Below are positions 56,473-64,000 of a DNA stretch of 64,000 nucleotides, piece after piece. This stretch comes from Abditibacteriaceae bacterium (lineage in GTDB: Bacteria > Armatimonadota > Abditibacteriia > Abditibacteriales > Abditibacteriaceae). Every line of letters starts with the position of its first letter. The first letter of the stretch is position 1. The notes under the pieces are model-generated. The model was not told the DNA's origin and did no database searches. It saw nothing but the letters and a program-made list of their open reading frames with translations. The stretch covers positions 1-64,000 of the forward strand of contig JANPJS010000045.1 of NCBI GenBank assembly GCA_031425655.1, read 5' to 3'. The position numbers and the translations under genes are program-made.

Positions 56473-57252
56473 TTAATCTTGCGACAGCGTGATAGGACGA
56501 AAATAGCCCAAAATGCAGTCGAGATTGCGAACGCAGATTTGGATGTGATTGGCTTCGCGCACACTGGCGCCGGGATAGATTTCTGCGCCTTCCCAAAACA
56601 GGCCGCGCACGGTGTCGTAGTCGGGAAAACCTTCCTGCTTGCGAATATCATGCAAGGCGTTAAACACAGCGCAATCCAGGCGACGGGCTTTAAAGTCGGC
56701 TCCGTTTGAGGGCAACCGTTTGCCTGTGGCCTGAATTACTTCTCGAAAGTCTCTGTAAGAGATAGTCTGAAAAGTCCCCTCCCCTTGCCGTTTGAAGGGG
56801 AGGGTTAGGGTGGGGTTCTGCCATTTCTCGAACCCCATCCCCAACCCTTCCCCTTGAAACGGCAAAGGGGAAGGGAGTCGCCGCCACTTTTCAGACTGTT
56901 TCTAAGAATCTTTTACCTGATCTATGGCGCTGCTGTCCGCCAAATTCAGGCACCGATGGAGATTGATGATCGCACCCAACACAAAGGGCTGATTGATCTG
57001 GCCGCGTGAGTTTTTCCCGCCCTCGGCACGCTCTCGCACAAATTTCAAGGCACGGGCCGGGTTTCCTTCCCAGAAGTAAACACCAGAACCAAGCCAATCG
57101 TAATCGTTTTCGCTGCGCTTGAGATGCCGGATTTCCCCCGAAAGAATCGCCTCGCCAACCGTGGCGTCGCAACCGTGAAAACCCAACAAGAAGGAGGGAA
57201 GAAACTCATAGTTGCCCCACTCCTGCGCCGCTGGGAAATTCGGCTCCCTCAT
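56473..57252 (-). pseudogene. ADP-ribosyltransferase-like gene interrupted by a MITE
   Basis: N-half 'GFHGC...NDYDWLGSGVYFWE' and C-half 'LDCAVF...YDTVRG.F.EG..IY.G...HIQICVRN' are in the same frame; removing 147 bp gives ...DQVKDS-YRDFRE... and a 210-aa ORF. Confidence 0.85.
56759..56902. mobile_element. 144-bp MITE with 17-bp TIRs and TAA duplication
   Basis: TAA|GAGATAGTCTGAAAAGT...ACTTTTCAGACTGTTTC|TAA; internal CCCCTCCCCTT/AAGGGGAGGG REP-like doublet. Confidence 0.9.
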
Positions 57253-57506
57253 TTGGTTTTGGTTCGTTTCTTGGAGGTCTTGCCAACTTCAGGTTTTGTG
57301 GCGGGCGGAGGATAAGCAACGAGGTCTTCTCCGTTGTCCCGTTCGGGATACATATCGAAATAGCCTGTTCTCCGCAGGAAAGCCAGTGCATACAGTCTGT
57401 CTTTTTTGGCCCTCTCGACAACGCGAGCCGACGCTGCGCGAAAGAGTTCCACTTCTTCGCTCTTGGTCATTTCTCGTGGGAATTTTGGTAAAGGTGTGCG
57501 TGCCAT
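57249..57506 (-). CDS. Small protein, putative partner/antitoxin of the ART-like gene
   Basis: GGAG RBS; 85 aa; stop overlaps the ART-like start (ATGA). Confidence 0.65.
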   Translation of the reverse strand: MARTPLPKFPREMTKSEEVELFRAASARVVERAKKDRLYALAFLRRTGYFDMYPERDNGEDLVAYPPPATKPEVGKTSKKRTKTK

Positions 57507-57609
57507 ACATCTCCCAGTATAAATCGAACGCGCGAGTTTGGGGAAAGCTAATACTGCCGCGCGAATCCGATTCGGGCGGCGCTTTCGTTTCAGGACAAAG
57601 TGGGAGTTT

Positions 57610-60021
57610 TCACTGCCCCGCCACAATCAGCGCGGCGTTGCCGCTCCAACGCGGGTCGGTGTCTTTCAATTCCTTCGTTTCGCCGCCTTTGGTTTCGCGC
57701 AAAATGGTGTGGAAGTGGCCGCCGCCGAAATCAATTTCGCAAAAGCTGAACGTCGCGCGCGAATTTTCGACGATAAACATTGGTGTGGTTAGATTCTGGC
57801 CGGACGAGTAGGCCATGCCGCCCAAAATTTCGGTCGTGCCGTCATTCGTGGTTTGGTGCAAGGTGCCGCCGCCTTCGGTTTTGTAGCCTAAAATCCACTG
57901 CGTGCCGCCGTCGTTGGAAATATGCACGCCGCCGCCTTCGACGTTGAACTGCCGCGCCCACAGCTTTTCGTTCTTGAAACGAAAGTTATGGCCGACCACG
58001 TCTTCGATAAACACTTCGCCGCTGCCTTTGCCGCGATACGCGTCGCCGCCTTGATAGTTGATGGCTAAACGGTGCAAAACAAGGGTGCGTTTAGCGTTGT
58101 TTTCGAGGAAGCAATGCGCGCCGCCCGCGAAATCGGTGCTCATGCCTTCGACAATCACGACCGGCGCGATTCCGTCCTCGAAGCGAAAGGCGGGTTTGCC
58201 GGCTTTGCGCAGCGCATCGGTCATGTCGAGCCACGCGCGGCATCCGATAATGCGGCGCACGTTGCCGCGAATCACAACCGTGTCGCCGATATTGTAGTTG
58301 CCGCGCGGCAGATAAACCGTCGTGGCGCCCGAATCAATCGCTTTCTGAATCGCCGCGCTGTCATCTTGCCCGTCGCCTTCTTTGGCGCCGAATTGCTGCG
58401 CGCCGGCCCAACTTTTCACGTCGTCCCACGGCACAATCGGCGTTTCTTTAATCGGCAGATTCAACGGCTTGACGCCGCCGCCAAACAGGTTCGACGGCGC
58501 TTTGTTGACGAAGAAATCCACATTTGCGCCGTCCACGCCCTTTTTGTCTCCAGTGCGGTTTTCAATCGCCTGTTTGTAGCCCGTCGTTTTGATATTGCGC
58601 GCCAGCATCGTGCCTTCGAGCAGAATCGCCGGTTGCGTTGTGGCTGCGCCCAGTCCTTTAAACTCGCAGTCAATTAAGACGTTCAGGCCGCCGAGCGCGA
58701 GAAAAGCCGGCACGTCGTTGAGGCTTTTCAGGCCGCGCGCCGTGAAAGGCTGGCCGTCGTTGCGAAATCCGGCTTTGTTTTGATGCTCGACCGAAACGTG
58801 TTCCAGCGTTTCGCCATTGACGGTCGTGGCCGTCTTCACGCCGAAATCGAAGCCGCGCACAAGCACGTTTTTGATAAAACAGGGGCCTTGTTCGTCGCTG
58901 TAGGCCAAATCGAGGCCGTTGACGCCCTGACCCTCGCCGGAAACAATCGTCACGTCCCACATTCCGCCTTGATTATTGGCGATGAACTGCACGCCGCACG
59001 CGCCGGGATTGCCGGTTCCTGTATCCACCGTTAAATTGTGAATCTCGTTGGAAAAGCGTTGCGCGGGCGCGTTTCCCGTCCAAATCACGCCTTTGGGTTT
59101 GCGCGGATTTTCGTAGCCGGGACACGAATCTTTGAGCTTAATCACGGCACCGGCGCGGCTTTGGCCCCACAAAACCGTGTTGCGCTCGTCTTTGCCCCAG
59201 CGAATTGTGTCCGACACGAGATAAACGCCGTTCGGCAGATAAATAATGGCGTTCTTCGAGCCGTAATCGGTGAAGGCTTTTTGAATCGCGGCGGTGTCGT
59301 CAGTCGCGCCGTCGCCTTTGGCCAAATACGGCGCTTTTGTCACGTCAATTACGCCGGCGCCTTCGGGGAAAATCGCGCCGGGCGCGAGTTTGGGATGAAC
59401 AGGGCGCGGATATTTGGGCGTCCACACGATTTTGCGCGGTGCGGGCGCTGCTTCGCTGGCATTGGCGAAGCGAATTTCTGCCAAGCCGCTTTGTTCGCCG
59501 CCGCGATAATTCGACTTGATTTGCAGCTTGAAATAACGCGCCGCGACGGTTTTTTCAAATTTAACGGCCTGCCCTTTGTAATCGTCTTTGCCGGGCGCTT
59601 CCTGCAAGGTAAAATCGCCGACCGGCGCGAAGGTTTTGCCGTCTGGCGATGCGGAAATTGTCACGTCTTTGAGGCCGCGATTCGTCCAGCCCGGCTCGTT
59701 GTAATTCCACGCATAAAATCCGGCGACGTTGAAACTCTTGCCCAAGTCGAATTGCAGCCACGCATTGGCGTCGCCGTTCCACATATTGTTGCCGTCCCAA
59801 ATGTTGGAGCTATGCACAAAAACCGCGCTGCCCGGAATGGTTTCGCCCCAGCCGGAGCCGTCAATGGTTTTGCGCGGCGTGCGTCCGGCGCCGTCCTGCG
59901 AATTGGACGCGGTTGCGTCAACCGGCGCGATAAAAGCACCGATTGTCGCGTTGGGTGCTTCCTGAGTGTGAGCTGCACAAGCAGACATCAAAACAGCGCA
60001 AAAGAGAAATTTAAGTCGCAT
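57610..60021 (-). CDS. Secreted beta-helix glycoside hydrolase (GH55/pectate lyase-3-like) with N-terminal discoidin-like domain
   Basis: Signal peptide; 'WLQFDLG...WNYNE...GLAEIRF'; two 'AKGDG..DD..AIQKA...YLP.G.Y' motifs. Confidence 0.82.
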   Translation of the reverse strand: MRLKFLFCAVLMSACAAHTQEAPNATIGAFIAPVDATASNSQDGAGRTPRKTIDGSGWGETIPGSAVFVHSSNIWDGNNMWNGDANAWLQFDLGKSFNVAGFYAWNYNEPGWTNRGLKDVTISASPDGKTFAPVGDFTLQEAPGKDDYKGQAVKFEKTVAARYFKLQIKSNYRGGEQSGLAEIRFANASEAAPAPRKIVWTPKYPRPVHPKLAPGAIFPEGAGVIDVTKAPYLAKGDGATDDTAAIQKAFTDYGSKNAIIYLPNGVYLVSDTIRWGKDERNTVLWGQSRAGAVIKLKDSCPGYENPRKPKGVIWTGNAPAQRFSNEIHNLTVDTGTGNPGACGVQFIANNQGGMWDVTIVSGEGQGVNGLDLAYSDEQGPCFIKNVLVRGFDFGVKTATTVNGETLEHVSVEHQNKAGFRNDGQPFTARGLKSLNDVPAFLALGGLNVLIDCEFKGLGAATTQPAILLEGTMLARNIKTTGYKQAIENRTGDKKGVDGANVDFFVNKAPSNLFGGGVKPLNLPIKETPIVPWDDVKSWAGAQQFGAKEGDGQDDSAAIQKAIDSGATTVYLPRGNYNIGDTVVIRGNVRRIIGCRAWLDMTDALRKAGKPAFRFEDGIAPVVIVEGMSTDFAGGAHCFLENNAKRTLVLHRLAINYQGGDAYRGKGSGEVFIEDVVGHNFRFKNEKLWARQFNVEGGGVHISNDGGTQWILGYKTEGGGTLHQTTNDGTTEILGGMAYSSGQNLTTPMFIVENSRATFSFCEIDFGGGHFHTILRETKGGETKELKDTDPRWSGNAALIVAGQ

Positions 60022-60099
60022 AAAAGCTCCTGAAAACGCAAAAGAGGCAGGCAAATGCCCACATCTTGTTTAGCTTAAAATCGTTCGATTGTGTGAAGG

Positions 60100-60993
60100 T
60101 TAATCCGGCAAAATCGCGTTGTGAATTTCAAATGGGTCATCCCAAAATTCGAGGCTATAGAGCACGAGGCGCGGCGGTGTTGTTTTGGTTGTGACCCACC
60201 ATTCGAGCGGCGCTTCTTGGGAGGAATCTTGAGACTGTTGATAAATTAGCAGTTCTGTTTCGGCAAATTCTCGATAGGCATTGGGTGAAACATAGTCCAC
60301 AGGCGGTGGTGCGTGATGTGTAGCCGGAAAGTGCTGCGGGATTTCGGCAAGAGGCATCGTGCGATGACAGACGACTTGTGCCCAGTTTGAATAGAGGATT
60401 ACCTGCTTGATTTCGCATTCACAAAGCACAGATTGTTCCAACATTTCGGGGTGCATTTCCCACCCGTTGAGGAAAGCCAACGTGGGCCGAAAGAGCAGCC
60501 AAGCGCGCTGACCCTCTCGAAATTCGGGATCCGCTGGGATTTTTGCCCATCGTGATTCTCCGACTTGCGGGCAGGTTTTATTTTGTTCCCAATGCTCTTC
60601 TTCGGCTTCCTCTTCGCCGACTTCACGCCATTCTACATGCGAAAATCCAAGCAGGCGAGTGCGCTCTGCCACAACACTGGCCTTTTGTTCCGTCGCAAAT
60701 TCCAGAAGCCAAAGCATTTTTCCTACTGGACTTTGTTTGTCAGCAGTAGGAAAACAGGCGCACAACGCTTGCAACGCGGCTCCAACGTGCGCGGCGGGTA
60801 GCAATAAATCATCGAAAAAGCCGCCGAACGGTAACTGCGCCGCGCGACAGGCCTGCACCCACGGCAAAAGAGCCGCGTATTCGCTTTCCAGCAAAACGGT
60901 GTCTGGCTGAACACCTTCCAGCAAATCGAGAGTCGTTTGTCGCGCGTTTGTGTCAATCAGCGCGGAATCTTGCACGAAGAGTTGTAGCAGCAT
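60100..60993 (-). CDS. Hypothetical protein, paralog of 63150-63812 with an extra N-terminal domain
   Basis: Shared 'NKTCP..GE.R.A.I', 'WLLF.PTL..L.GW...P..L..S...ECEI', 'WWV.TKT.P.RLVLYS.E...D..EIHNAILPD'. Confidence 0.75.
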   Translation of the reverse strand: MLLQLFVQDSALIDTNARQTTLDLLEGVQPDTVLLESEYAALLPWVQACRAAQLPFGGFFDDLLLPAAHVGAALQALCACFPTADKQSPVGKMLWLLEFATEQKASVVAERTRLLGFSHVEWREVGEEEAEEEHWEQNKTCPQVGESRWAKIPADPEFREGQRAWLLFRPTLAFLNGWEMHPEMLEQSVLCECEIKQVILYSNWAQVVCHRTMPLAEIPQHFPATHHAPPPVDYVSPNAYREFAETELLIYQQSQDSSQEAPLEWWVTTKTTPPRLVLYSLEFWDDPFEIHNAILPD

Positions 60994-61008
60994 CGTCGCT
61001 CAAACTTA

Positions 61009-61068
61009 CTAACTTTCATCCGCCGCCGACAAAGCGGCTTCGCGGCGGGCTTGAATCGGCGCAGCGAT
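61009..61068 (-). repeat. Displaced copy of the prfA 3' end
   Basis: Reads [19 protein letters not shown] versus prf[20 protein letters not shown]. Confidence 0.92.
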
Positions 61069-61091
61069 AAAATCTCAAAACTCTACAGCAT

Positions 61092-61898
61092 CTACACAAT
61101 TTGCGGCCATGCGCCGCAGATGCGGCCTTCGTGAAAGCGCAGCGCGTCATTTTTAAGCGCCGCTTCGAGGTCGCGCGGGCCGAGGTTGCACAGCGTGCCG
61201 TCGGCGGTCACTACGCATTTGCCGACTTCTTCGGGTGGCAGAATTTCGGCGATTTCTCGCGCCTGCGCCAGCATCGCGCGCCACTTTTGGCCGAGTTCGA
61301 TGGGACTGGGCGGCGGGCCATCGAAGCTCAATTTAGCGAATTGCGGCGCCGAAAAACGAGCGGTGCGCGTGGCTTCTTCCAGCAAAAACAGCGGAGAATA
61401 ACCGGGGTCTTTGCCACACGCCGCCCATGCCAGCAAGCCAAAATGCTGCAAAATATCGCTGCAAGTCATGGCGTCCACCCAATCGCGCGGCTCAATACGT
61501 CCGACAAACGCCAAAACTTTGTTGGTCGCGGCGTCCAGAGGATGCAGCGTTAAACCAAAATCGGGATGTTCGATCAGTGGAAAAAAACGAAACGCGCTAT
61601 CGTAAGCCCATTGCATCAAGAGCGATTCGCTGCCACGCATTATGCGCGCTTCGATGAAAGTGGGAAAAGCGCGGAGTTGTTCAATGGCGTAGCCGCTTTT
61701 TTCAAGCGTTTGGCGGTCAGCATTCCACGAAGCGGCGACAGCGGTTTCCGTGTCGTGAAACACGTCTACATCGTCGGAAAGCCGCGCGCCGCCCAAAAGC
61801 ACGTTCAATGCCGCAGCGCCCGCGACATAGCCGCCACCAGCGGTGCGGTTTTGGGCCAGCAAACGGCAAACTTCGCGTTGAAAAGCAGTGAGCGCCAT
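61092..61898 (-). CDS. AbiEii-like nucleotidyltransferase
   Basis: 'YVAGAAALN...RLSDDVDVF', 'NKVLA..GR.EPRDWVD'; start placed at MALTAFQ. Confidence 0.75.
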   Translation of the reverse strand: MALTAFQREVCRLLAQNRTAGGGYVAGAAALNVLLGGARLSDDVDVFHDTETAVAASWNADRQTLEKSGYAIEQLRAFPTFIEARIMRGSESLLMQWAYDSAFRFFPLIEHPDFGLTLHPLDAATNKVLAFVGRIEPRDWVDAMTCSDILQHFGLLAWAACGKDPGYSPLFLLEEATRTARFSAPQFAKLSFDGPPPSPIELGQKWRAMLAQAREIAEILPPEEVGKCVVTADGTLCNLGPRDLEAALKNDALRFHEGRICGAWPQIV

Positions 61899-61903
61899 TT
61901 CGA

Positions 61904-62098
61904 TTAATTTCCCAGCCGGCGCCGCAGCGTCATGGCGCAAATAAACATTTCGCGGTCGCCGCGCGTGGCGATGCTTTTCAAAACGTCGCGCGCCTGCTCG
62001 GTGTTTTGCGGGTAATAATCGGCGCGCATCCACCACAGTGCCCGCGCGCGATGCTCGTCCACGAACGCCCAAATTTCACGCTTGAGATTCTCGTCCAT
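61904..62098 (-). CDS. Small putative antitoxin upstream of the nucleotidyltransferase
   Basis: 64 aa, 'R.RALWW.R.DY.P.....LKSI..RGD', tightly linked to the downstream gene. Confidence 0.65.
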   Translation of the reverse strand: MDENLKREIWAFVDEHRARALWWMRADYYPQNTEQARDVLKSIATRGDREMFICAMTLRRRLGN

Positions 62099-62121
62099 TA
62101 GTCGTCCCGAAGGCTCAATTC

Positions 62122-62529
62122 TCACGGCACTTCAAGGCCAAAGTGTCCGCGTTGCCCAAAGTTGCCGTAGGTAAAGGAATCAAGAAAGCGAATCGTAGCG
62201 ATGCCGGCAAAACCAGCGGGTAGCGTTTCAATGGGAACAATCATGGCGTTGACGCGACGCACCATGCTTAAATCTCGAATCGCAATCGTTACCGTGAAGA
62301 CCTCAAAGTGTCCGGGAATGGCGCCGCCCGATACGACGCGGCCTTGAAAACGCCGCGCGAAAAGTGCGCCATCTTCTGTGCCTAAAACCAAATCTACCGG
62401 CTCATGCTGCGAACCGGCTCCTGTATCGGCTAATAAAATTCGACTCGCTGAAACGCCGGTGATTTGATTTTGCAGTTCCATTTGAACCGCAGGTTGGCCG
62501 TTTTGCAGAGGCCACAGCGCACGCGGCAT
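62122..62529 (-). CDS. Clan AA aspartyl protease-like small protein
   Basis: 'LLADTGA' motif; 135 aa; start overlaps the upstream stop. Confidence 0.65.
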   Translation of the reverse strand: MPRALWPLQNGQPAVQMELQNQITGVSASRILLADTGAGSQHEPVDLVLGTEDGALFARRFQGRVVSGGAIPGHFEVFTVTIAIRDLSMVRRVNAMIVPIETLPAGFAGIATIRFLDSFTYGNFGQRGHFGLEVP

Positions 62530-62807
62530 CAGGGCATTCTCCAGAACATGACTTTGCGGTCATAATCAGCGTTGGCTTCAATAGCGACGCCTTGATCATC
62601 GTCGCCCAAAGCATCCAACTGGTCGCAGACTTTATCGAGCGTGTTCCCGACGGCTACCACTTGCTGATGCAAAACGCCAACATATTTTCCTGTGTAAGGC
62701 GACTGGGGATTAGCGCGCGTTTCGCGGTTAATGCGTTGCGCGACTTGCCAGTTCTTTTCCTGCTCTTCGGTCACCTGCAAGGTGTCCCTGACTTTCAAAG
62801 TGATCAT
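62529..62807 (-). CDS. DUF5678-like small protein
   Basis: 'Y.GKYVGV....VVAVG.TLD.V'; GAGG RBS. Confidence 0.65.
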   Translation of the reverse strand: MITLKVRDTLQVTEEQEKNWQVAQRINRETRANPQSPYTGKYVGVLHQQVVAVGNTLDKVCDQLDALGDDDQGVAIEANADYDRKVMFWRMP

Positions 62808-62874
62808 TGCCCTCGCCTCGCAAGGGAGTTTAGCGTGCAAAAGTTCACCCGGCGATTCATCGCCGGGTGTCAAG

Positions 62875-63059
62875 CAGGGCAATCGCATGAGAAATACCCG
62901 GCGGCTAAAGCCGCAGGCAACAGCGGCACGAAGGCTCCCTTCGGAGCCTAAAAGCTCTATTTTTAGGCCGCGCAGGCGGTCTTTGTGCCGGCGTTGCCTG
63001 CGGCTTTAGCCGCCGGGACGCTCAGGCAGGACACAAAAAATTCTCATGCGATTGCCCTA
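62875..63059. mobile_element. 185-bp MITE with ISAs1-like ends, 10-bp TSD and an internal REP doublet
   Basis: GGGTGTCAAG|CAGGGCAATCGCATGAGAA...TTCTCATGCGATTGCCCTA|GGGTGTCAAG; inside CCCGGCGGCTAAAGCCGCAGGCAAC...GTTGCCTGCGGCTTTAGCCGCCGGG. Confidence 0.88.
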
Positions 63060-63064
63060 GGGTG

Positions 63065-63121
63065 TCAAGCATCCGTCGCAGACAAAGCGGCTTCGCGGCG
63101 CGCCTGAATCAGGGCCGGGAT
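63065..63121 (-). repeat. Displaced copy of the prfA 3' end
   Basis: Reads [18 protein letters not shown] with synonymous changes relative to prfA. Confidence 0.92.
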
Positions 63122-63149
63122 TAAATCAACGCAAACTTAGATGGAATTC

Positions 63150-63812
63150 TTAATCCGGCAAAATCGCGTTGTGAATCTCGCAAGCATCACGACCAATTTC
63201 AAAGCTGTAGAGCACTAAACGGCGTGGTGAGGTTTTCGTAACAACCCACCATGCACGGGCTTCACCGTAGCTATTAAATGTGTAAATTAACTCTTCAGTC
63301 TCCACTATCACAGACTGGCATTCTGCGATGGGAGCACCGGCTCCGATTGCCTTTGGAGACTGTGTGGGAGGAAATTGATAGGGAATCTGGGCTAACGGCA
63401 CGACTTTGTGGCAGACGACCTCGACATTTCCATAATATTCGTCGTCGGGTGGCCAACCAATAACGATACCAATTTTTTCCAGACCTTCGAGCGTAGCGCG
63501 TGCTTCGGGTTCACTGCGAGATTTTCTTGCGCGTTCCAAGTGCCATTCAGTTTCGTGACGCGTGATAATTTCGCATTCGACAACTGCGGATTCGTCCAAT
63601 TCCTGTGGGTATTCATCCCAGCCATCCAAACAAGAAAGCGTTGGCTGAAAAAGCAGCCATACTCGCCCGCCGAGCGGTGTTTGATGCCAATTTTCAATTC
63701 TTGCCCTGCGTATTTCTCCAGCGCGAGGACAGGTTTTATTGGGTTCGGGGCTATCGTCGTTTGCTCGCCAGTAAACATTGTGCAAGCAGACAGTGAAATT
63801 CGTGGATTCCAT
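63150..63812 (-). CDS. Hypothetical protein, paralog of 60100-60993
   Basis: Starts 16 bp after the prfA stop; last 27 nt identical to those of 60100-60993. Confidence 0.75.
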   Translation of the reverse strand: MESTNFTVCLHNVYWRANDDSPEPNKTCPRAGEIRRARIENWHQTPLGGRVWLLFQPTLSCLDGWDEYPQELDESAVVECEIITRHETEWHLERARKSRSEPEARATLEGLEKIGIVIGWPPDDEYYGNVEVVCHKVVPLAQIPYQFPPTQSPKAIGAGAPIAECQSVIVETEELIYTFNSYGEARAWWVVTKTSPRRLVLYSFEIGRDACEIHNAILPD

Positions 63813-63828
63813 CGGCGTTTCTCGTCTC

Positions 63829-64000
63829 TTACGATTCGTCCGGCGCCGACAAAGCGGCTTCGCGGCGGGCTTGAATCAGGGCGGCGACGAGGTCGTCTAA
63901 GCGGCCTTCCATGATTTGGTCGAGGTTGTTGCTTTTGAAGTTGATGCGATGGTCGGCAACGCGGTTTTCGGCGAAGTTGTAGGTGCGGATTTTGTCACTG
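63829..64000 (-). CDS. prfA: Peptide chain release factor 1, 3' end (partial)
   Basis: Manual translation [56 protein letters not shown]. Confidence 0.9.
   Translation of the reverse strand, partial: SDKIRTYNFAENRVADHRINFKSNNLDQIMEGRLDDLVAALIQARREAALSAPDES

Noticed and set aside
56473..56865. Independent 130-aa gene
   Set aside because: Its N-terminus is MITE sequence; it is the 3' half of an interrupted gene
60100..63828. Classical integron attC array or prophage
   Set aside because: No intI, no GTTRRRY/RYYYAAC-bounded attC structures and no phage genes; the repeats are prfA coding sequence

Overview
GC-rich bacterial chromosomal window. DUF1559 prepilin-like, Calx-beta and paralogous secreted proteins suggest Abditibacteriota/Armatimonadota, but that is inference only. 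It carries housekeeping genes (dGTPase, miaB, HtrA, lipA, aminotransferase, citrate synthase, glgB, PPi-type PEPCK, bioB, 3' end of prfA) mixed with secreted proteins and many small intergenic inverted-repeat elements. No rRNA, tRNA, CRISPR array, integrase or classical transposase was found. The main observations are: (1) a GxxExxY (PD-(D/E)XK-like) gene bracketed by 40-bp inverted repeats made of 8-9-bp units, with gene-less elements of the same design elsewhere; (2) two displaced, synonymously diverged copies of the prfA 3' end delimiting TA/defence-like cassettes with no integrase in view; (3) a DUF11 surface protein whose N-terminal hairpin matches the strands missing from its C-terminal domain, suggesting a self-polymerising, isopeptide-locked fibre; (4) MITEs made of IS-like ends around REP-like doublets, one of which splits an ADP-ribosyltransferase-like gene; (5) a 17-18-bp motif found inside unrelated repeats.
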